DNA from: Pavona decussata
Lineage: Eukaryota
Assembly (NCBI GenBank): GCA_977016875.1
Contig: CDRNST010000104.1
Span: 3,720,001-3,784,000, forward strand
Length of the DNA: 64,000 bases
Direction of reading: 5' to 3'
This document shows, one piece after another, positions 13,601 through 25,207 of this stretch; positions within the stretch are counted from its first letter, which is position 1, and every line of letters starts with the position of its first letter. The translations under genes and the position numbers were made by a program. The notes under the pieces were generated by a model. The model worked only from the letters and a program-made list of their open reading frames with translations, ran no database searches and had not been told where the DNA came from.

Positions 13601-16600
13601 AACAAACCTGAAGAAATGGAAAAGCAAAAAAGGTTAGTTAAAATTAATAATCATTTCTTAAGTGATTGTCCCTTTTCGGATTCTCAAGCATTTAGCGTAT
13701 ATACACAAATTGGTTAGCATACGGTTAAACAATAATTACCTTATATCTTCTCGCTATTTCGATATCTTACTTAGCTACAGTCCACTATAGTTCTGGTGCA
13801 GTATGAGCATGGGCATTAATATGGTTATTACTCAACATGTTCATGACAATGGGATCATTTTCATTTGGTTTGAATTTACCAGGAAGAAAAACAAACAAAC
13901 ATTAAGTGTCATACTTCGGGTTTATTTCAACAGCACAAGAGTGCTCCAAACCAAAGCAACGATCAATTATCCGACTTACTAAAAAGTCAATGCTCAAGCT
14001 CATTGACACGAAACAAGCGTTGGAAAAGAAAAAGAATAGAAAAAACCTAAGCAGTGACAGTTTCCTAGCAACTTTTGATCCCTGTGGCTTGTGAATCTTG
14101 AAGAACAGACAGCCCGCGAAAAAGTGATCATTAAAATCGACGTTCGTTGAGTGATAGCGAGTGGCGAGATCGTGAATCTTTGCAAGACTTGAAGCCTTTA
14201 AATAGTTCGGGAGAATACAGGTAATTAAAGACATTCTAATTCGCTAGTTACAAACGATAACCTTTCATGTTAATAATATGACAAATTGCAATCATAAGCT
14301 TTAATTACTGTAATAAATCTGAGTAAAATATATCAGAACTAAAAATTTTTTGTTTGGCACTGACTATTGTTAACGTTAGAAACAACGTTAATTAAGCATC
14401 AAAGACGTTTCGGCCAAACAACTTCGGCCTTCATCGGTTATTTTTAAAAGCCAACTGAATCACGGCTTTGTAACGGTTCACAGTTCTGAGCGTGCTTCGC
14501 CAGCAAAACGCAACGAACGGCAGCCGCACGTGTTTACATGAGGGTTTTGTAGACATCTGGAATAGCAATATGTTCGTTTCCCGCGTGGTTGTCACTTTGC
14601 GAATACCAAGCCTCGAGAAAAAGTCTCTCGTGAAAATTACGAGCGTTGTCTACAATTGTCGCATGGTCGCAGCCTATGTTATGGACAAACTGGTTCGCGT
14701 GTTGCACAATTTTGGAGTTATTATCTCCAACCCGAACTGCCCGTTTATGTTCTTTTAACCTTGTTTCCAAGGCTCGGTCAGTCTGTCCATAATACACGAA
14801 GCTGCAATCAACGCAGCCGACCTGTATGCGACAGCGTACTCGGGTTGTTGTTTTGTCTAAGAAGGAAAGCCCACACAACAGCAACCCGAGTACGTGGTTG
14901 CATACAGGTCAGTGTGTACAGAAAACCAACACACACAGATAAATACCTCGATTACAACTCCCACCACCCATCGCAGCACAAGAGGTCAGTCGTTAATACT
15001 CTCGTTCGCAGGGCCCAAGAAATTCCATCAACAAATGCGGGGCGGTCTAGAGAGAGGACACACGTCATCAAAGTGCTAAGAGATATAAATTACCCTCTGC
15101 CTTTTATTCGGAGCTGCAAGTCCTACCACAGCGCTCTCCGCCGCGATTCAAATACCAACGACGCTTCCAGCGATAGCGCACCTTCAACGTCAACATTTGT
15201 TGTTCTTCCGTATGTTAGAGGCGTCTCTGAGAGAATTTCGCGAGTACTACGCAACGATGGTGTTATAGTGGGTTACAAACCGTTTCCCGAGACCAAAGGA
15301 CAAACCTTCTGCTTTGCAGTGCCGAGGTGTTGTTTACAAGGTCGGCTGCGTTGATTGCAACTTCGTGTATTATGGACAGACTGACCGAGCCTTGGAAACA
15401 AGGTTAAAAGAACATAAACGGGCAGTTCGGGTTGGAGATAATAACTCCAAAATTGCGCAACACGCGAACCAGTTTGTCCATAATATAGGCTGCGACCATG
15501 CGACAATTGTAGACAACGCTCGTAATTTTCACGAGAGACTTTTTCTCGAGGCTTGGTATTCGCAAAGTGACAACCACGCGGGAAACGAACATATTGCTAT
15601 TCCGGATGTCTACAAAACCCTCATGTAAACACGCGCGGCTGCCGTTCGTTGCGTTTTGCTGGCGTAGCACGCGCAGAACTGTGAACCGTTACAAAGCCGT
15701 GATTCAGTTGGCTTTTAAAAATAACCGATGAAGGCCGAAGTTGTTTGGCCGAAACGTCTTTGATGCTTAATTAACGTTGTTTCTAACGTTAACAATAGTC
15801 AGTGCCAAACAAAAAAAATTTAGTTCTGATGTCTATCCCTGACTGCAATTTTAGTATTTTTGAGTAAAATATAGTTTCTCTACTTTGCAGCACTTATCGC
15901 AACATACGATTAACCGAATTTTTTGAGGAAGAAATTGCAGTTTCTGTTCCACAAGTGATGGATGAAATTTTAGACGTTCGACTACGAAGGCCATTTATCC
16001 ATCGAGCATGTCAGCAATAAGAAACCTATCCTTTCAAAATTTCTCCATGAAAAATGATTGAAAATTTCGTGCCAATTTGATCGTAATAAAAACACCGGAA
16101 GAGTTTCATTGAGGCTATCATGCAACGAGATAAGTTCATCATGTCACATTGAAACGTATTCACTGTCCACCATGTTTTATCGTAACCAATGAATGACCAG
16201 TTCGTTTAATGGTTCAAATACTTTAGCTTTTGCCGAAGGAACACTCCAGGCAAGCAATGGCAAACTCCTGGGTTGCTTCCAGTTTTTTGACCAGTAGGTG
16301 TTTTCTGTCCCTGAACTTAAAAGATTTTTCGAGATGGCTGTAACTCGAACCAAGTTACTGTTCCCCATTCTAATCACAAAGATTATAAGGATCGTGTGAT
16401 ACTGGATGTTGGACTGACAGTTTGTCACACACGTCATACACTTGGTATAACTAATCTTCGCCTTTGACCATGTCATCTATATTAGCGAATTCTACTTGTT
16501 GAGAAGTTGGTGCACTGCTTTGCTCTCCGGCTTTAAAATAGGTAGTCTTGAAAAGTTCGCCTCCCTCTGGTTTCTCGACAGTTACTCTTCTCGTGAAAAC

Positions 16601-19600
16601 AATCGTGTGTTCTCCTCCGTTCGATAATTTCTCATGTTGATTGCAAGTTGCTAGGGATCAGCTTTACATCTTGACTCTTTACCTGTATCAAATTTCGGTT
16701 TTAAATAACTCTTCACACGCATTAGCGTACTCTGCGGGGGACCAGGGAAACCAAGGAAACTTTTTTATTCGGGCAAATTCGGTCAGGAAATTCTTCTCAA
16801 AATAGTTAGCTCTAATTTATTGTCAAGATCCCAAACATCAACTCGCCTATTTGCTGATAAAATTAAAAGAATGAAGATTTCACAATTTTAGACGCATCGA
16901 ACAAGAAAATATGCTCTTCTCGTGGAGTGATACTGCGTTCTACCCCCATAATCCTCTGAAATGACAGTGATGGGTATTCAGTCTTGAAGGATCAAACCCA
17001 TCGTTTTTAGCCTCATATACTGGCTGTAAATCAGTTTTTAGTCGGCCCTGTGCCGATGCCTTCACTTGAGAGGCATACCTAGTTCCTCCAGTTCTTGGCT
17101 TTTGAATTCTCCAACACATAGGATGCAGAGAAAGAGGTAACTAAGGAAATACTTGATTTCGATCTAGGGCGATTGTTGGGAAGAAGAATGGAAAATCATA
17201 CAACCCAGTCATGACTTAGGATTCCTGGTTTGATTTTCATGTTGATCGTAGTAGAGATGACGCTGTAGAGAGTCAAAACTTTGAACACATGAGCTACGTT
17301 CTTTCTGTGGACGTACATAGAAGTTATGCCGCCGGAAGCTTACAGTAGGGTTAACTGTTTAATCTTCCAACCTCTCTTCACAGACAGGTAAAAAAAGATT
17401 ATCCTTGTTGGGGATAGTTATTGATGTATTAAAGAGCCTGTGGTGTACACACAATGTCAATGTACTGCACAGTTACCCTATCCCACAGAGCATTTTTCAC
17501 GCTGACAGGGATTCCTCAAGGCTATCTGTTTAAAAGAGAAAGCAAGGCAATGCGCCAACCTTCAATGACATAGGTGACGTGGGCGACGAAGAAGATTGGT
17601 TACGACAAGTAGATGACTGTCATTCCAGCTTCCAATGTACAGTGGAATCCCGATTTCGCGAACCCTCGGTTTCCCCTCTCTCGAACCAAACCTTGTTTCC
17701 CTTGGATTTGCTTCACTCAAGCTCTATAATTTCACCCCCGATTTCTTGAACCCCCGATAACTCGAACCAATTTTGGCTCCCGTAAGACAACTTGACCCTC
17801 GATAACTCGAACCTGCAAAAATTCTTAGTGCGGGTGTCAATTACATTCACGTCTTTATACAAATTGACACTTCCGGATAAGCTGTTTTCTCGCATTTTAA
17901 TCACACAAAAAGCAAGCCACAAATCTGTCATTAGTCTGAAAGGTGCAATGACTGCTTCGGATTACTTACTTACTTAATCCTCTTCGTTCCTAGGTGGAAC
18001 ATAGGTCCTCAACTAGCGCGCGCCACCTAACCCTGTTTTGTGCAGTGCCCTTTGCCTCGTTCCACGTAAGATGTTTCGCCGCCAACTCTGCCATTCTCGT
18101 GCGTCTCCAGGGGCCCGTTTCTCGAAAGTCCCGGTAAATTACCGGGCCCGATAAATGTCTTAAGTGATACATGTTTCTTAAAATAAGTCAATTTTGTTAG
18201 CTTTGAATACTAAATTTTAAAAATCTTATAATTCTATGAAAAAATTGGCCAAGTAAAATGTCTGTAATCACTGTGAAATTGGCGAAAAAACATTTATAAA
18301 TATACTTATCGGGCCCGGTAAGTTACCAGGACTTCCGAGAAACGCGCCCCAGGTGTGCTGGGGTCTCCCTCTTTTTCGCTTCCCCTGTGGGTTCCACTCC
18401 AGTGCCCTCTTGACTACATGTCCATCGGTTCTCCTCAGCGTGTGGCCGATCCAACCCCAAGTTCGCTGTCTTATCTCTTCCTCTATCGGTTGTTGCCCTG
18501 TTTGTCTCAAAAGCTCCTTGTTGCTGATTTTTTAAGGCCACCAAATCCGCAAAATGTTCCTCAGGCTCTTATTGATGAGCACTTGCAGCTTCAGCTCCAG
18601 TCCCTTGGTCAGCCTCCAAGTTTCAGAACCATACAAGAGCACCGCCTTCACATTTGACCCAAAGACTCTCAGCTTGGTCTTGGTTGTTAGTTCCGTGGAT
18701 CGCCATATTGTTCTCAGCATCGCAAATGCCTGTCTTACCTTTCTAATTCGTGCCTGATTGTCCCCTTCAGTGCCTCCCTTCTTGCTTACAATACTCCCAA
18801 GGTATGTGAACTTCAACCCGCTCCCCAGCGACCGTCACACCATCGCTACGTATGGTACCAATATATATCAGCTTTGTCTTGGTGGCATTGATCTTCAGGC
18901 CTACCTTCGCACTTTGTACCTCTAAGGCCCGTGTCTTATCCCTCATATCCTGTATTCTGTGCGACAGTAGGGCCAGATCATCGGCGAAGTCAAGGTCTTC
19001 TAACGATGTCGTAAAGGTTCACTGAATACTTCTCTTCCTGTCAAAGGCTGTCCTCGTCACCCAATCCAGGGCGACCAGAAACAGCAAGGGAGATAGCAGG
19101 CAGCCTTGTCTTACCCCAGTCCTCATATTCAATGGTTGAGTCTTCTACCCATTGTGTACCACCTGTGCGGAGAAACCCTCATAGAGAACTCTGATGATGG
19201 TGACTATCATGCCAGGCATCCCGTAATACCGCAACAACCTCCACAAAACATCTTTGCTGATACTATCGAAGGCCTTTTCGAAATCTATAAAGTTGATGTA
19301 CAAGGAGGACCGCCACTCGATACTCTGCTCTACAAAATAATCCGCAGTGTTGCTATTTGATCCGTACAGCTTCGGCCTGCTCGGAAGCCCGCCTGTTTCT
19401 CTCTCAGCTTTTCATCCAGCGCAGTCTTGATGCGCTCTAGGATCACTCTGCAAAACACCTTACTTGCCATGTTCAGCAACATGATCCCACGCCAGTTTTT
19501 ACAGCATTTCAGATCACCTTTCTTGGGCAGCTTGATTAGCAGACCTTTCCTCCACTCCCCTGGTTTCTTCTCCTCACTCTATATCCTGTTGCAGAGGTTC

Positions 19601-22600
19601 AGAAGAACCTCCTCTGATGTATCCCCTCCCGCCTTTATTGCCTCTGGTGGAATATCGTCACCTCCTGCAGCCTTCCCGTTTTTTAACTTCTTTATAGCAT
19701 TCTTAATTTCAATACGTCTGATTCGACCTGTCCTGATGTTAAGTTCGTCACTTGGCTTCGCCTCTGGCGGGTTGAGCGGCTCTTCATGGTTAAGCACTGT
19801 TTGAAAGTGCTCCCTCCACCGGTGCATCTCCTCCTCTACTGTCCTGAGCAACACGCCTGCCTCGCTTCTCACTGGCTTACACGTATTCTGGAATCTCCCA
19901 CTTAGCTTTCTGGTGATCTCGTACAAAGTCCTTACGTCACCTCTCTTTCCAGCCTCCTCAGTTCTCTCAGCTTCTGATTCCACATACACCCTCCTGTCTC
20001 TCCTACACCTCCTCTTCACCTCCCTATTAAACTCTTGGTATCTTTCTTTTACTTGCCTCTCTCTTCTGGTTTCTCGTTTTGGACGTGTTTGAGGTGTTTT
20101 TTTGCCACCTTTCGCTGCTCGATTATATCCCAAGTCTCCTTGCTGATCCACTCCTTCCTGTTTGCCTTTGCTATACCCAGCACCTGATCGCAAGTCTCCA
20201 CGTAGCCCTGTTCGATCTGCCTACATTCATCATCCACTGGCAGTTCCTCGTTCTCCATCAACTGCTGCAGACCCTCAAATCTATTGTACAGCGCTAGCTT
20301 GAATGCATTCCTAACCTCCAGATCTTTCAGCTTGCTGACCTCAAAACGCACTCGGCCACTTTCGCCCTTTCTCACTTTGGCAATCCTTAACCTGACTTTT
20401 GCCATCACACAGGTGGTGTTCCTACCCAACGTCTGCCCCAAGCATCGCGCGACCGTCCGGCAAGGAGCTCCTCCATCTTTTGCTAAATGCCAGATGGTGG
20501 ATCTGATTCACAATACCACCGTCAGGAGACCTCCATGTCTGCTTGTGACACTCCTTATGGGGGAACAGCGTTCCACCGATTACCAGTTCATTTGCCCGAC
20601 AGAAGTCCGCCAATCTCTCACCATTTTCATTCATCTCAGCTCTTGCTCCATGCGTACTCATCACCTCCTCCCTGCTTGTATTGTCTATCCCCACCTTAGC
20701 ATTCATATCTCCCATGACGATCTTCACATCTCTGCATGGCACCTGTTCCAAAACCATTTGTAGCTGGTCGTAGAAATCATCTTTCGCCTCCTCCGTTGCC
20801 TCATTTGTTGGGGCATATCATTGCAAGATGGTATCCTAATGCCACCTCGAGTTGAACCTGGCTCTGATTATCCTCTCAGACACTGGTTCCCATTCCAGCA
20901 GACATTGTGCAGCTTCTTTGGACAGAATGAAGCCAACTCCTTTCTCATGATTTCCACCTTCATCCACTGCTGAGTATAGCACAGTTTCGCCTGTAGCTAC
21001 CCTCATTTTCCCACAATAGTTCCATCTCATTTCACTTACTCCCAGAATACTAATACCATACCTCTGCATCTCCTTGATCACCTGGGCACATTTACCAGTC
21101 TCAAACATTGTCCTTACATTCCATTGCCCGCTTTTGGCGGCAGCAATTTCGTCGGCGGTTTATGCGTCATTCGCTGCTTCGCACGTTGTTCCAACCGGGT
21201 GTTAACATCTTTTACCCCTGCTTCCCGATACGGTGCAGTGGTAGTTCTTGTTTTGGTTTCTGTAATAAATAACATTTTTCTGGGAGCGGGTTATCAGCCC
21301 GCCGCCCAACCCCCAACTTTCGTCTGGCCTCTACCCTTCGACCAATCCGGCATGGTTAGCCCTATCAGGGACCACAGTCCCCACCGGCACAGCTCTCTGG
21401 GTCATTGAGACACACAAGCTTCACCACCACGGCAAGGTGTCAGCCCATCCTTACTTCAGATTACCCTTATTTAATTGTTTTTTACATCGATAAATTTTGA
21501 TGTCCCCTTGAAATGAAGAGTGCATGGTACTTGCATGCCTTCGCCATCCCCAAGGTTAACAGCTTTGCCTTTCACGATAATCTGTTAAGATATACATTAA
21601 AAAGGATGTATTTTTGTTCAAATTTGAATACTTACTCATAGTCAAACAATACCCGGCCATTTAAGCGTAATTTGATGCCACCCTCGATTTCTCGAACTCC
21701 CGATTTCTCGAACCAATTTGCGTTTCCCCTGGAGGCTCGAGAAATCGGGATTCCATTGTACTACAATGCTTACAATCTTGGTGATTTGTATCGAGACCAG
21801 AAGCTCGATCGGTTCATTTAACCATTTTTAGAACGGGCTTTTTTTGGTCAGTGCACACTAACCGAGCACATATCATCGAATTTTTCCCAGATACGTTTCT
21901 GACGTTTTTGCCAACAATAAAAACGTTTTTCAAGTTCAAGGTCACTGCGGGCAGAATCTGCACCTTCTCTGGGTAGAAAGAGTTATTATTGAAATATTGA
22001 CAACAAATTTCATTTTTCTGAATATGGCGGTGTCACTGATTGAACAAAAATTTTTTCACTTATTAGTATTTATGATCCATGGTGCACTCGATATTCTTTC
22101 TCCGTACACAACAGATAATCCTGTGATAATCGTAATTTCGTGTGTCAGGGAGAAAAATGGCAGAGCGCTTTAAACAAGCAACGACCTCGGAAGTACGCCA
22201 AATAATTAATCACGTTGTTCCAGAAAATACAAGGAAAGCAACTAAGTTTGCTCTCAAGAATTTTAATGGTTACTGAAAAAAACCTTTTACCGCTAACTTT
22301 TTTGTTTATGAACTGGCAAATTACCATCCAGCAAAAAATATATTTTCGCTAGACTTTTGTATTGTCCCGTATTGTAGCAAAGGCTCAGAAATTAATAACG
22401 GTCTTTTTTAGATTTGGTTCTCGCAACAGAGTTCTCGTCTCGTTTTGAAGAGATGGGGAAAAACGTCAGTGCTATCAAAGTGCCTCGATGAATGATATGT
22501 TTCTAGTAGACAAAAAAGACGGAGGGAGTACAAAGCAACTACTCTCAAAAGCATTAGGAAGTACATTACTGAAAAAGCCGATTAGTATCGTAACAGATCC

Positions 22601-24078
22601 GAGAGTTCTTGAAATTGCTAGTGTAATACACAAGAAAAGACTCGCCCGAGAAATCGTTGAGAAGCTTTTCCAATCTGGTGAGCCCGGCACGGCTGTCACA
22701 AAAAAAATCCTTCGCAGCTTCAAATACTGTTTGGTTTTAACATTTGAGGCTATAACTTTGTGGAAAGTTTTACCGGAGCGATTGGTCAACTAGATAGTCA
22801 AGTTTGATGGAAGTACGGTCAACGCTTTCGATTTCATTCCGCAAATTTGAACAAAGCAGCGACTTCCATTCATGCACGTCCGCGCGTGGTGAAATATAAC
22901 AAGTTTCTTTTTCAACAAATAAAGATCGCCTCCAGCTTTTCTGCAATAAACCTCTGCTTTGTCATCAATGTTTGAATAATAAAACAATTATCGTACTCAA
23001 TATTGCAGATTGTTGATTTTAGCCTCGTCGGCTAAGTATCAGGCGATATTCCGCGCGATTTCGCAGGATAATTGTGGCTTAAAAAATAACATCACATTTC
23101 TTCCACAAATACCACTCCTCGCCATTCAAATCTATGGTAGAGCAGTCGAACTAGTAATCGGAAGACGATAGGTTCCACACCCTGTTCGCGACAGAAGCAC
23201 CGTACGCGCGCTCGAAAAATCTCCTTCCCCTACCTTACCCCTCCTACTCCACCCCTTACAATTTTTAGCCCGTGTGGGGAAAAGTGTGGCGTAGTAAAAT
23301 GGGCTGTAAAAGATATCATGGCTTCTTCAGGGGTTAGGTTACATTGGCACCTCCTATTACCTTACCTCTCTCCTCCTGCCCCTTCTCCGGTAGCTTCCAC
23401 GACCATTGGCTTTTCTTTAACTTGTTCACTGCCATCTTTCCTGTGCACACTCCCACAGGCGACAGGCTATTCCATAATTCTGTGCAAGATTCTGATTTTT
23501 TCTCCACCCTCCCTAATCCGTTCTCCCGTAGACTTTCATCTTCTTCTTCGTGAAAAATGGTTAAACTGGGCATAATGTTTAATGGGTTCAATACGCCTCT
23601 TTCAATACATTTTGTTACAGCCTGAATTTTTTTTTTACTTTTTTCTCTATCTTTTACAGATGAAAAATCTACCCTTTTTGCCATATTTGAAATATATGAT
23701 GCACGTTTCTGGCTTACCCCATACACTAAGGATATCCATGAGATGATGACATCTGTGACACAAAAGTTGGCCGACATTCCAGATTGTACGAAGTTATGGA
23801 TAAATTCTTATCAGTTTAGTCACGAACAAAGAGCAAAAATTGCAGAGACTCTTCGACTGTCCTGTGACGCCAGTATGATGTCTAATGTTGTGGCCACCAC
23901 CCTGGATGTTTTTTACAAGCGCTGGGAGACACTGGACATAGTTTCAATGATGAAAGAGGTTGGAAGGACGGTCATCAGAAATAAACCCACCCTTCCTAGA
24001 AGTGGGCTGCCAAACGTGATGATAACTGATAGTTTGTCTACTCTTCCCAGACTTAAGAAGAAGGAGGAGGTTCTATAA
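7065..24078 (+). CDS. Six-exon gene: tandem DED - TRADD-N-like - Death-like - inactive caspase-like protein (~870 aa)
   Basis: join(7065-7620,8272-8328,8827-9207,10738-11067,12763-13632,23660-24078) = 2613 nt, an open frame with GT-AG phase-1 introns. Further exons could hide in the N gap. Confidence 0.75.
8272..8328 (+). CDS. Exon 2: 57-nt micro-exon (AQAAAVFSSVRATGERIIG)
   Basis: Acceptor ttttcttttag, donor GAG|GTAAC, phase 1-1. A homologous 57-nt exon follows the paralog at 56355-56411. Confidence 0.85.
8827..9207 (+). CDS. Exon 3: hydrophobic helix plus TRADD-N-like domain
   Basis: Acceptor cgacag, donor AAG|GTAACT. ISEGSVCFTVQAENRSGLEALWERYRNGTLQNDLQEFLVTDE...VTVYIDEQEF fits the TRADD-like N-terminal pattern (GS-beta, LxxLWxxYxxGxL, FLVT, VxIDExEF/Y). 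Confidence 0.8.
9490..9737 (+). mobile_element. Probable LINE (L2/CR1-group) 3' tail fragment
   Basis: Stem-loop-like cctcgactagct...gctatttgcggg, then AATAAA and a (TTG)n tail. Confidence 0.4.
10464..10674. other. Assembly gap (211 N)
   Basis: Run of N in intron 3. Confidence 1.
10738..11067 (+). CDS. Exon 4: charged, disordered linker
   Basis: Acceptor tttatttttag, donor GCG|GTAATT, 330 nt phase 1-1, in frame with ORF 10716-11075; contains RRNSDSNLY and DSGM motifs. Confidence 0.75.
12763..13632 (+). CDS. Exon 5: Death-like domain, start of caspase-like fold, coiled-coil insert
   Basis: Acceptor ttctgtatttag, donor AAG|GTTAGT, 870 nt. Death-fold-like ending PDTPIKVLKDVLEALQLFDLVDLLE; KASVLIVD...DNVKQIESFFKFLDSRNEVTTI resembles caspase beta1-alpha-beta2. 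Confidence 0.8.
14333..15860 (+). mobile_element. 5'-truncated Penelope-like retroelement with inverted partial copy
   Basis: RT C-terminus (VYRKPTHTDKYLDYNSHHP) and GIY-YIG endonuclease (GVVYKVGCVDCNFVYYGQTDRALETRLKEH). 14332-14822 is the reverse complement of ~15340-15830. 13-bp TSD tgagtaaaatata at 14320-14332 and 15861-15873. Confidence 0.92.
15725..15758 (+). ncRNA. Minimal hammerhead ribozyme-like motif of Penelope pLTR (mirror copy 14404-14437, minus)
   Basis: ccgatga-a-ggcc-loop-ggcc-gaaacgtc: a CUGAUGA core with U4>C, stem II GGCC/GGCC, and GAAAC-GUC. Confidence 0.55.
17962..21450 (-). mobile_element. Near full-length RTE-clade LINE, frameshifted
   Basis: APE endonuclease (WNVRTM, ILGVSEMRW, MGDMNAKVG), RT (DFADDL at ~18975-18993), C-terminal ALEWNPQGKRKRGRP, and (TAAG)n tail at 17962-17976. 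Confidence 0.95.
18111..18349. mobile_element. PIF/Harbinger-type MITE inside the RTE
   Basis: TIR gggcccgtttctcgaaagtcc / ggacttccgagaaacgcgccc with 3-bp TSD CAG; removing it restores the RTE frame PQHTWRRT. Confidence 0.88.
22107..23075 (+). mobile_element. Degenerate Crypton-like (tyrosine recombinase) element
   Basis: MAERFKQATTSEVRQIINHVVPENTRKATKFALK and frameshifted KKDG-EYKATTLKSIR, EIVEKLFQSGE fragments parallel the N-terminus of ORF 51118-51840. Imperfect end repeats ataatcctgtga / tcgcaggataat. Confidence 0.6.
23135..23200 (+). mobile_element. tRNA-derived SINE head fragment
   Basis: A-box-like tggtagagc and B-box-like ggttccac separated by an anticodon-arm-like ctagtaatcgga; no acceptor stem. 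Confidence 0.4.
23660..24078 (+). CDS. Exon 6 (terminal): remainder of degenerate caspase-like domain
   Basis: Strong acceptor ttttctctatcttttacag, phase 1, reading DEKSTLFAIFEIY...LADIPDCTKLWINSY...TLDVFYKRWETLDIVSMMKEVGRTV...PNVMITDSL to TAA. AATAAA at ~24168. Confidence 0.7.
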
Positions 24079-25207
24079 AATAATGAAGCACTTCGGCCCT
24101 CCCCTATTTGTTTTGCGGCCACACCTTCTGGATGAGAGGACCTGGTGTCCCGTTGGCACCAGAAAAAAATAAACATTTACAACTAGCAACAACAGTATTG
24201 ATGATGATATTGTTGATAATGTCAGTGCTAGCGATACTAGTAGTCACAGTGCTAATGCTAATGATAAATTTAATAATTGCTTCCTAGTATATGGCGACAG
24301 CGCACCTATTATCGATATGTTGTCTCTACATTCCTGTTTGTCTGTTCAGCCACGGCAAACCGGTGCAAAATTGTGTTAACTGGAGGGATTTCAGGGCTTC
24401 AAATATGTCAGAAACTTGATACAAACTAGCAGCGCGATCAAGGATTAGAAAATACAAGCCCGGGAAAGGCAGATATGTCTGATCGCTGGTTAGAAAGAAG
24501 TGACAGAATCGATACGTACTGTTTACTTTTTATGCATTCCAGAACAAAGAAAAGTTAATTTCGTTTTGAATTTTCACCTTGCGACTTCCATATTTTTGAC
24601 AAGAGTAACGAGCCAGTATGTAGTTTATCAACACAAAACGGGCGCAATAGCAAATTAAGAGAAATATATAATTTTCAAAACCTAAACGATTAATTATCTG
24701 GATGTGACGGAAATTGTAAATTTAAACTCGATCCAATTTTATCGAATCTCTGAAAATTCAACAGTATTGTTAAAATTTAGTAACAAGCAGTTTCTAACTA
24801 ACATTAAAGAAACATGTTCTACTTTTAGTTTTGTTCTGATTTAGCGTAAGCTCCGTTGAAGTGAAACTTGTTGATTTCAAAAACAACGCAATTTTATAAG
24901 GATTTAATGATCTATAATGAATAAATTCAGTTGTTTATGAAAAAATGACGCTTATTGTGTTTCAAGCTTTTCATTTTTGATAGGCTTCAGTTTCCAAGCC
25001 CCTTTGTGGAGGTCAAATTTATTTTCCCGGCAATGTTGGAGGCTTTTACTGAAAGGAAAATTGTATGCGCGATTTAAAAGACAACAGGAGAAATTGTGAA
25101 ATGCCTTTCCTATAAAGGAGTAAAGGACTAAACTGGTTACTAGCTTAAATAGGTTTTCAAGGGAAGCCGTTTACTTCAGTTCTCAGAATGGCCGGCTATT
25201 CAACTTT

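Larger units (their letters stand above)
17640..21758. mobile_element. Non-autonomous Tc1/mariner-pogo-type element interrupted by the RTE LINE
   Basis: TA|cagtggaatcccgatttcgcga ... tcgagaaatcgggattccattg|TA: TIRs with TA duplication. Confidence 0.8.

Noticed and set aside
23135-23200. tRNA gene
   Set aside because: Only degenerate A/B boxes and no cloverleaf; treated as a SINE relic.
7065-24078. Naming the gene CASP8, CFLAR, FADD or TRADD
   Set aside because: No QACxG or SHG motif and the architecture matches none of them; orthology is untested.
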